Part shown: positions 10,327-20,400 of the stretch, piece after piece | Position numbering within the stretch: the stretch's first letter is position 1 | Layout of the letters: every line of letters begins with the position of its first letter | Assembly: GCA_964572155.1 (NCBI GenBank) | Contig: CAZNDZ010000001.1 | Coordinates: forward strand, 846,290-910,289 | Direction of reading: 5' to 3' | DNA: 64,000 bases | From: an uncultured Planctomycetales bacterium | Lineage (GTDB): Bacteria > Omnitrophota > Gorgyraeia > Zapsychrales > Fredricksoniimonadaceae | Translations under genes and position numbers: made by a program | The notes under the pieces: model-generated | Told to the model about the DNA's origin: nothing | What the model saw: only the letters and a program-made list of their open reading frames with translations | Database searches by the model: none

Positions 10327-13300
10327 ATGTTTAAGAAGCTTTTAGCCCTATTTTTATGTGTATGCATGTGTCCAATCTCTCAGGTACGTGCACAGCCTGT
10401 GGTCTTGCCGGCACTTGGGACGATGGTCAATTTAAGCCCATCCGTTAATCCTTCTGTATTAAAAGGGATTAAAGTTCACTTAGACAATCCTTTAAAATTT
10501 GATTTCATTTTAGATCCAGGCAGTAATAGAGGCGCTACATCAGATGATGCAACTAAGCTGATCAGATATTTTTTAGCGGCTTTAACCACACCAGAAAATG
10601 ATTTATGGGTAAATTTAAGTCCGTATGAAAAAGATCGCATTGTTCCAAATAGCTTTGGTCAAACGGAAATGGGACGTGATCTTTTAGCCCAAGATTATCT
10701 ACTTAAACAACTCACGGCATCGTTGGTTTATCCAGAAGGGGATGTTGGTCGAGAATTCTGGAAGAGAATATACCAAGAATCTCCGAATAAAAATATTCCA
10801 GTTAATACGTTTAATAAAGTATGGATTGTTCCAGACAAAGCAACTATCTTTGAAAATGCTCAATCAGGGACGGCTTTTGTTACTGAATCAAGTCTAAAAG
10901 TTTTAACGGAGCAAGATTACCTAGCGGGTGAAAAGAATGCGTCATCTTCTACGTCTAAAGTTGTCCGTGACATTGTCATCCCGCAATTAACAAAAGAAGT
11001 AAATGAAGGAGCAAACTTCGCGTCACTCCGTCAGGTTTATCAAAGTTTGATACTCGCAACGTGGTACAAAAATAAGATCAAAGATAGTATTCTCAATCAA
11101 GTTTATGCGGATAAGAATAAAGTGTCTGGGATTAATATTGCAAATCCAAATGAAAAGCAAAAGATTTATGAACAATATCTACAAGCTTTTAAGAAGGGCG
11201 CCTATAACTATATCAAAGAGGAAAAAGATCCCATCACCCATAAAGTAACGCCACGTAAATATTTCTCCGGTGGTTTTAATTTAGCCATGACGGGAGTTAT
11301 TAAAATTGATAATAGCATGACAGCGACGCTACGAAATCGGTTGATGCAAATTGCGCGATTAATAACGGTCGGTGTGGTATTAACAGTTAGTCCAGTATCA
11401 ACCACATTAGCTCAAACGTTAAAGTTTCCTACACAAGCCAGTGAAGAAATAAAGTTTAAAGATTGGCAAGTACAACGTTTCTTCAGTCAAGCAACGTCAG
11501 GAGATGTTCAGGCTATTTCAAGGCTTACTGTCCTTAGTAAACGAGGGAATGAGGAGGCCATTGAGGCAATTAGACGATTAATTTATGTCGAAAATACACA
11601 GGTGAGTAAAACAGCGTTGGAAGCTTTTTTGGTGACACCATTAGATGGGGTGGAGCATGAGGTAAAAATTGTTCGCGATGCGATGCGTTTACAACATAAA
11701 GAGGCTAAAGATGCATTATCTCGATTGGTTAAAGCGGGAAATATTGAAGCATCGCAATATTTAATTTTTAATACAGAAATTAAGGATCCTGTTCGAGAAC
11801 AGGCATTTAAGAATTTATTATCTGTATTAACATCAAAGAATGCAAAGACTGTTGAATGGAGAGGTCTAGTTGATGCATTATTAAGATTTTATTCAAATGA
11901 ACCAAACAATGAAACATTGCGTTTAATACTTGAGAACTTAGCACATGAAGGTGATCTTTATAGCACTCTTGTAATAATCAAAAGCAAGTTGATCAGAATA
12001 GATGTAAATAAATTGGCTTTACATGTAATGGATTGGAATGGTGGTGACTCTGTCCTTCTTGATTATTATCAAACTGACCCTTCCGAGAATACGGTAAAGG
12101 CAATCATCAATTACTTATTCTCAACTAAACAAACTTTTCAGAATCTTTTAATTATTTTGAGCGATTTTAATAAAACCAAGGAAATCTTAGAATTGCCAGA
12201 ATATAAAGATAGAGTTCCTGAAAATCCTCGAGTTATTGTTTTACTTGGAGCGTTGGGTCATGAAAAATCATTTGAATTTGCCAAAGAAAATCAACCTGAC
12301 GAACTTAGTCGACTCTATTACTACCGTTTAGAGCTAACGGCAAGAAAAGGTGATGGAGAGGCATTAGATCGACTAGAAGAATTAGCTAGCGATGAAGAAG
12401 AGGCAGACAAAGATGCGTTAGCCATATTAGCGTATTTATCACAACGCAATGATGTGTCAGCAGAAGTAAAAGGGCGCATTAACAATTTTATTGATGACCA
12501 TTTTAAATTATTTGTTCCTATTTTTACTAAGGAGAATTGGCAAGATTATGCTAAAGATCCCAAACATAAGGCCAACATTCAAACACTATTTGAAGATTTA
12601 GAAACCAACCCAAATAGGTTGCTTGCTTTAGAATGGGCTGGTCTTTTGAAGAAAGAGCATGTAGCTCGGCATCCTTTTTCTAAAGAAATATTTGATTCAA
12701 TGCTAAGGAATTGGCCAGATATGCTGAAGATTTATTTTAAGCATAGTGATGACATTCACCCTGTTTTTTCTGTATTAACACAGAAGTGGCCACAGACGGC
12801 AATGTCAAATATTCTGCAACGTGAGCGGTCTGAACTTCAACAGGAGCTCTTGAAGCGTTTAAAAGATAATAATAATTTGGGTGCAATGGCTAATCTTTTT
12901 AAGACGGAAGAAGGAAAGTTGGCTTTTTTATTGCAGGCCTTAAAAGCAGAAAATCCGCAAGCATTGCCATTGCTTAAAAGCTTTGTGGAAGAAAAGCCTG
13001 ATAGAATAGAAACACTATACCACGTTTTTTCGACAGGTCTGGTCGGAACAAGTGTCGATCAATATTTTATACTAAATCCTCAATTAGAAAAAATATTATC
13101 AGGCGTGGACGTAAAGAATTTTAGATTCATCCGTCCTTTTGGCAATTTAGATAGAGAAGAAAGTGATCTGATCTTCATGGGTAATCGAAGCGTGCTTGAA
13201 TATGTATTAAAGGATGCCATTAATTCTAATGATATTGCTAACAAGCTTGTCGATATAGGTCCCCATGTTCCTGAGTCTTTGCTTAATTGGCTTAAGAATA

Positions 13301-14499
13301 TGGACATCACTCCGTATGCTAAAAATAGTGCCCTGCTTCGGATGTTCTTTTTAGTGGGAAATGCTCAAGCAACTAAGCTTATTCAAGACGGCGTATCCAA
13401 ACAAAATAATGATATCTTTGCGCCAGTTAATGTTTTGAATTTGACTGGGTTTGGAGATCCAATGTTTAAATCGCTTAGTTCAGACGCACAGGCATATTTG
13501 GATAAATTACGTAAAGACGGCATGGGTGATTTTAAATCGAATTTACGTAAGTCTGACACTCATCAAAGTAATCATATTTTATTAAAGTTATACCTAGCGG
13601 TTTTAGTAAATATGCAGGAACGTTTTCATCTTTTTGATTTTGAAACCTTTAAGAAAATTTCTACACAAATGATCGGAAGAATGACCCTAACCGTTGATTT
13701 GAATAATGCTAATTCGGGTTTTGAGTTTGGGTATCGTTTAATCTTAAATCTTGAAAGTATTGATGAAATGCTATTTGTTACTGGGCATGAGGTAGCACAC
13801 AATTTATTGTTTGCGATGACTAAAGATAAGATTGACGGCATCAAAGGTGATCCAAACAAGATTTTGCAGTATGGATCCATTCACGAGTATTTTGCAGATA
13901 TGGTGGGGTTTGCTTTGGTCAAAGATACCAAAGCCATAGACAAGATGATGCAACGTAATTTCTTATGTGAATTTTGTGCGGGCTTAAAGACAAAAGAGGA
14001 TTGGAAGGATCCGATGTCTAATGAAAATACAAGAGAAGTGCACTACATTCCTCGTTACAGCAGAGGGGCTTTCTTGTTAATGGCAAAGAATGCTGGCATC
14101 GAACCTGCTAAATTCTTAGCTGCTCAATTTACTGAGAATCAAAACCCAATTCTAGCTTATACCGGCACGTATGAAGATTTTTACCATTATTTCTTTTATA
14201 CATTGGCCTTAGGTCTGAAAGTTAATTATGAATATGATCCAACCCTTAATATTCCCTCTAATATTGAAAAGATGTTATCGCTGGCTAAAAAGAACGCTGA
14301 TAGCGCTCAATTAGGATTAAGTAACACAGGGGGGATTGATTTAAATTCCACGAATCTTAATCTTCAAAATGCTGGCTCTGCCATTAAATTTAATATTGAT
14401 TCTGCAATGTTAAAGCAATTACAAAATGCGGCTGGTTTTACGCCTACCATTACTAGCATGAAGCCGACGCAGGACTTATTACAATTTCTAGGAATATAA
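10327..14499 (+). CDS. giant secreted protein, family paralog 1 (1390 aa): signal peptide, conserved N-module, hydrophobic linker, HEAT-like helical repeats, HExxH zincin-like region, conserved C-tail
   Basis: Uninterrupted 4.17-kb ORF; signal peptide MFKKLLALFLCVCMCPISQVRAQ; HEVAH…SIHEYFAD at 13786-13898; collinear with 17431..21630; N-module and C-tail shared with 32917..34902 and 46994..50179. Confidence 0.8.
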   Translation: MFKKLLALFLCVCMCPISQVRAQPVVLPALGTMVNLSPSVNPSVLKGIKVHLDNPLKFDFILDPGSNRGATSDDATKLIRYFLAALTTPENDLWVNLSPYEKDRIVPNSFGQTEMGRDLLAQDYLLKQLTASLVYPEGDVGREFWKRIYQESPNKNIPVNTFNKVWIVPDKATIFENAQSGTAFVTESSLKVLTEQDYLAGEKNASSSTSKVVRDIVIPQLTKEVNEGANFASLRQVYQSLILATWYKNKIKDSILNQVYADKNKVSGINIANPNEKQKIYEQYLQAFKKGAYNYIKEEKDPITHKVTPRKYFSGGFNLAMTGVIKIDNSMTATLRNRLMQIARLITVGVVLTVSPVSTTLAQTLKFPTQASEEIKFKDWQVQRFFSQATSGDVQAISRLTVLSKRGNEEAIEAIRRLIYVENTQVSKTALEAFLVTPLDGVEHEVKIVRDAMRLQHKEAKDALSRLVKAGNIEASQYLIFNTEIKDPVREQAFKNLLSVLTSKNAKTVEWRGLVDALLRFYSNEPNNETLRLILENLAHEGDLYSTLVIIKSKLIRIDVNKLALHVMDWNGGDSVLLDYYQTDPSENTVKAIINYLFSTKQTFQNLLIILSDFNKTKEILELPEYKDRVPENPRVIVLLGALGHEKSFEFAKENQPDELSRLYYYRLELTARKGDGEALDRLEELASDEEEADKDALAILAYLSQRNDVSAEVKGRINNFIDDHFKLFVPIFTKENWQDYAKDPKHKANIQTLFEDLETNPNRLLALEWAGLLKKEHVARHPFSKEIFDSMLRNWPDMLKIYFKHSDDIHPVFSVLTQKWPQTAMSNILQRERSELQQELLKRLKDNNNLGAMANLFKTEEGKLAFLLQALKAENPQALPLLKSFVEEKPDRIETLYHVFSTGLVGTSVDQYFILNPQLEKILSGVDVKNFRFIRPFGNLDREESDLIFMGNRSVLEYVLKDAINSNDIANKLVDIGPHVPESLLNWLKNMDITPYAKNSALLRMFFLVGNAQATKLIQDGVSKQNNDIFAPVNVLNLTGFGDPMFKSLSSDAQAYLDKLRKDGMGDFKSNLRKSDTHQSNHILLKLYLAVLVNMQERFHLFDFETFKKISTQMIGRMTLTVDLNNANSGFEFGYRLILNLESIDEMLFVTGHEVAHNLLFAMTKDKIDGIKGDPNKILQYGSIHEYFADMVGFALVKDTKAIDKMMQRNFLCEFCAGLKTKEDWKDPMSNENTREVHYIPRYSRGAFLLMAKNAGIEPAKFLAAQFTENQNPILAYTGTYEDFYHYFFYTLALGLKVNYEYDPTLNIPSNIEKMLSLAKKNADSAQLGLSNTGGIDLNSTNLNLQNAGSAIKFNIDSAMLKQLQNAAGFTPTITSMKPTQDLLQFLGI

Positions 14500-14520
14500 A
14501 TTCTTACGCTAGTGAACTCT

Positions 14521-16372
<1,852 letters not shown>

Positions 16373-16385
16373 ACGGAGGTTGTAT

Positions 16386-16748
16386 ATGGTAGCGTCAAAT
16401 TTAGAAAAAACAGTTTCATTTGAAAAAGGTCAGATTCGCGCCGATCTTCCAAAAGTTAGCGTCGGAGATACCATCAAGATGCGCATTAAAGTAAAAGAAG
16501 CTGATAAAATGCGTATTCACCCATTTGAAGGTACGGTCATCAAAAAAGGCGGCCAAGGTATTTCAGCATCATTTACCGTGCGTAAGATTTCGTTCGGTGA
16601 AGGCGTTGAAAGAACTTTCCCCATCAATTCTCCTGTTATTGATAAAATTGAAATTATCAGCAAGGGTTTGATCAAACGCGCGAAATTATATTATTTACGT
16701 GATCGTTTAGGGAAAAGTGCTCGTGTCCAAGTCGACCAAGCCAAGTAA
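16386..16748 (+). CDS. rplS: 50S ribosomal protein L19
   Basis: …FEGTVIKKGGQGISASFTVRKISFGEGVERTFP… L19 signature; GGAGG RBS six nt upstream of ATG 16386. Confidence 0.9.
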   Translation: MVASNLEKTVSFEKGQIRADLPKVSVGDTIKMRIKVKEADKMRIHPFEGTVIKKGGQGISASFTVRKISFGEGVERTFPINSPVIDKIEIISKGLIKRAKLYYLRDRLGKSARVQVDQAK

Positions 16749-17379
16749 TTCTAAAGTTTTCACAGATTATGAAACGCAAGCCAAGCAACACGGCTTGCGT
16801 TTCGTTTTTGGTATCGATGAAGCAGGGCGAGGCCCATTGGCAGGTCCCGTTGTTGCAGCCGCCGTTAGTTTGATTTCAGAAGATTTTGATGTGCGCATCG
16901 ATGACTCAAAAAAACTTAGCGAAGCACAGCGCACAAAAGCCTTTGATGCCATTTTTAAGAATGCCTTTGTTGGCATAGGCATTGTTTCAGAAACCGCCAT
17001 AGATGAATTAAACATTCTAAATGCCTCATTCCACGCCATGGAAATCGCTGTAAAACAGCTATACCGTTATTTGCCCGAAGAAGAAAAAAATCACCCAGAA
17101 TTTAACAGTCGCGTTTTGTTGTTAGTCGATGGCAACATGTTCAAATCCCAATTACCATTCCGTCATCAAACCCTTGTAGGGGGAGATGCCAAATGCTTAT
17201 CCATCGCCTGCGCCTCGATTGTCGCTAAAGTTTACCGCGACCGCATGATGGTCAAATACGACCAGATCTACCCGCAATATGGTTTTGGCAAACACAAAGG
17301 ATATCCCACCGCAGCTCATCGCAAAGCCATCCAAGAGCATGGCATTTGCCACATTCATCGTAAGTCTTTTTGCCCATAA
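16717..17379 (+). CDS. rnhB: ribonuclease HII
   Basis: …LRFVFGIDEAGRGPLAGPVVAAAV… RNase HII catalytic motif; GTG start at 16717 uncertain (no in-frame ATG upstream of motif). Confidence 0.85.
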   Translation: MLVSKSTKPSNSKVFTDYETQAKQHGLRFVFGIDEAGRGPLAGPVVAAAVSLISEDFDVRIDDSKKLSEAQRTKAFDAIFKNAFVGIGIVSETAIDELNILNASFHAMEIAVKQLYRYLPEEEKNHPEFNSRVLLLVDGNMFKSQLPFRHQTLVGGDAKCLSIACASIVAKVYRDRMMVKYDQIYPQYGFGKHKGYPTAAHRKAIQEHGICHIHRKSFCP

Positions 17380-17430
17380 GAATCATTTTATAAATTTGCT
17401 GATATATAGATAATATGTTATCTTTTGTCC

Positions 17431-20400
17431 ATGTTTATTAAGATTATTGCTATAGCTTTAAGTGTTTCATTACTCCCATTTACTCCTGTAAAGGCAGTTG
17501 AAATTGTGTTGCCAAAGCCGGGAGCCATGTTGGCTTTGACGCCTTCTTTTAGCCCAGCTGTATTAAAGGGTATCAAAGTACATGTGAACGATCCTTTAAG
17601 ATTGGAGTTTATAGTTGCCCAAGGAAACGATGATAATCTTGCCCAAGAAGAATCTTCAAAACTTGTAAAATATTTTTTAGCTTCTCTTGCCACACCAGAA
17701 AAAGATATGTGGGTTAATTTAAGCCCATATGAAAAAGATCGTATTGTGCCAAATAGTTTTGGTCAAACCGAAATGGGACGTGATCTTTTAGCCCAAGATT
17801 ATATTCTCAAACAAATAACGGCGTCGTTGGTTTATCCTGAGAATGAAATAGGTAAAGAATTCTGGCGTCGTGTTTATCAAGAAGCTTCAAGAAAATCAGT
17901 CGACATTTCCATACCAATAAATACATTCAATAAAGTTTGGATCATGCCAGATAAAGCAGTAATTCAAGAAAATGTAAAGACAGGAACGGCCTATATTAAG
18001 GAAGCAACCTTAAAAGTGATGTTGGAGGTAGATTATTTATCCACTAAGAAACATGTTGCGGCATCAACTGATTCAGCAACTGAGATCGTAAGGCAGATGG
18101 TGATTCCTCAATTGACTAAGGAAGTCAATGAAGGCGCCCATTTTGCAGGCCTTCGTCAAATGTATCATGCGTTTGTATTGGCGGCATGGTATAAGAGAAA
18201 AATACAAAACAGTGTTTTATCTGGTGTTTATGTCGATCAGAATAAGACCCAAGGCGTAACTATTTCTAATCCTTTTGCCAAACAAGAAATTTATGAGCAA
18301 TATTTGCAGGCTTTCAAGAAGGGGGTTTTCAATTATATTAAAGAAGAAAGCGATCCTGTCACGCATCAATTGATACCAAAGAAATATTTTTCAGGCGGGT
18401 TAACTCTAAATATTTCACAGCGTTTGGAAATTAATAAGGCCATGACTGCTGCTGAAGCTGTAGGCATTATTAAACAAGGTTTAAAGTTGTTAACCATTTC
18501 AGTTGCCCTGACGGGTGCTTTTACGAAGCCTGCTCTTGCTCAAGTAGAGGTAGAGGATCGGCCAGTTTTTGCAAGCAGCAAAGATGAACGTGATTATGAG
18601 TTAGTGATGCGTTTGCAAGAACGTGGATTAAATGGAGAGCTGGCTGCCATTAAACGATTAGAGGTGTTATATAGGGATAATAATATTAGTTTTGCCTTAA
18701 AAGCTTTGGGCAAGATTGCATTCTCAGGCGATGCTCAGAATTCGAAGTCAGCACTAGAGCTTTTTCTAAAATCATCTTTAAGCTCATTGAAAGATTTTGA
18801 AACCCTTCGATCTGCTATCCAATTAGCTCACCCTGAATCAAAAGATGCGTTAATTAAGTTTGTGGAAAGTGGTAATTTAGATGCGTCATTTTATTTGCTG
18901 CGGACCAGTCTTACAGGTGATGTTAAAACAAAAGCTATGCAAAATATTTTAGCTTTTTTAAAGCGACCAGATCGTTTTACTTCTGAAACGCAATGGACAA
19001 CTCTAAGAATAGTTTTATTGGAAGAATTTGGACGAGATAAATCAAATGCACTGATAAAAGAAATTTTACAAGAATTGGCATATCTAGGCACAGCTTCTGT
19101 TTCGTCTCAAGTTATTGAGAGTGGTTTGGTAGAGTTAGATTCTAAAAGGTTGGTTGATAGTGCGAAACGTATGGGGTCCGGGGATATTTCGCTAATGAAA
19201 TATTACCAACATTTTCCAAGTAAAGAATTGTTAAGGAGCATCATTCGGTTTTTATTTGAAGCAGATAGGCAAACATTGAATCTTAGGGGCATATTAGCTG
19301 ATTATAACATCACAAAAGAAATTTTAGAATCGCCTGAATTTAAGGATCGAGAGCCTCCTGAAGGAAATGGCTTTCATAGAGATTCTATATTGATTTTAGC
19401 GGCAGCGGGTCATAGAAAATCTCATGAGTTGGCAGAACAGCATTACTCGGCAGGACTCGTAAAATACATTTATGATCGGTTATATTTAACTGCTTTAAAA
19501 GGAGAATTAGATTCCGTTAGTAAATTAGAAGAGATGGCCCAAGATGATGACAATGCTGCCATTGAGATAATCTATAACATATCACGCAATAAGAGTGCTT
19601 CTGACTTGATTAAACAAAGATTTAAAAGCTATATTGAGGACAACGTTGACCTTTTTAAAGATTTATTTGATAAAGGAACTTGGCAAGAATTTGGCAAAGA
19701 TCCCAAACATAAAGCGATTGTTGATGGGTTATATGAAGATGTGAAAACTGATCCCAAGGTGCTTGTCATTTTATATTGGCTTGGACTTTTAACAAAAGAG
19801 CATATCGCGTACCATCCTTTCTCTCAAGATGTTATTGATGCATTGGGTTCAAGATTAATAGATGGATTAGAATTATATTTTTCTTACGATGAGAACCCAA
19901 ACGAGCTTTTTAGGATTCTAGCTAAAAAATGGGGTGGGTATGTTGTAAGTAATTTAATGCAACCCTTTAGAAATGTCGATAAATTGGAATTAAAAAAGGT
20001 ATTTTTAAAGAGTTTGTCGCGTATGAATATTCTAGAGGCTATGGGTTATTTAAAGGATGATAAAGAGAAGCTTCAGTTGATCGTATATGCTTTGCAAGAA
20101 AACATTCCTGAAGCTTGGGGCATTCTTAAAGAATATGTTCAACATAATCATAATAGGGCGGAGTATTTATATGGGATGTATGTTTCAGGTTTTATATCTT
20201 TTGGAGATGAAGAGAATAAATTTGTAAGGGGCAATATTCAAATCAAAGATATATTGGCAAATGTGGATATGTCGACATTCAAAACAAAGGATTTCTTTCA
20301 AGGATTAGATCCAGAAATATCGCAGTTTATTCGTATTGGAAATCTAAGCATTCTTGATGTGGCATTAAAGCTGGCAATCACAAGACCTAGGGTGGCTGAG

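Noticed and set aside
10327-11316. Idea that the shared N-module is the beta-barrel of an inverse autotransporter (type Ve) with C-terminal passenger
   Set aside because: The sequence is rich in amphipathic helix-like stretches (…MGRDLLAQDYLLKQLTASL…) and lacks the alternating hydrophobic beta-strand pattern or a terminal aromatic residue; paralogs 3 and 4 have no linker segment. Kept only as a remote possibility.
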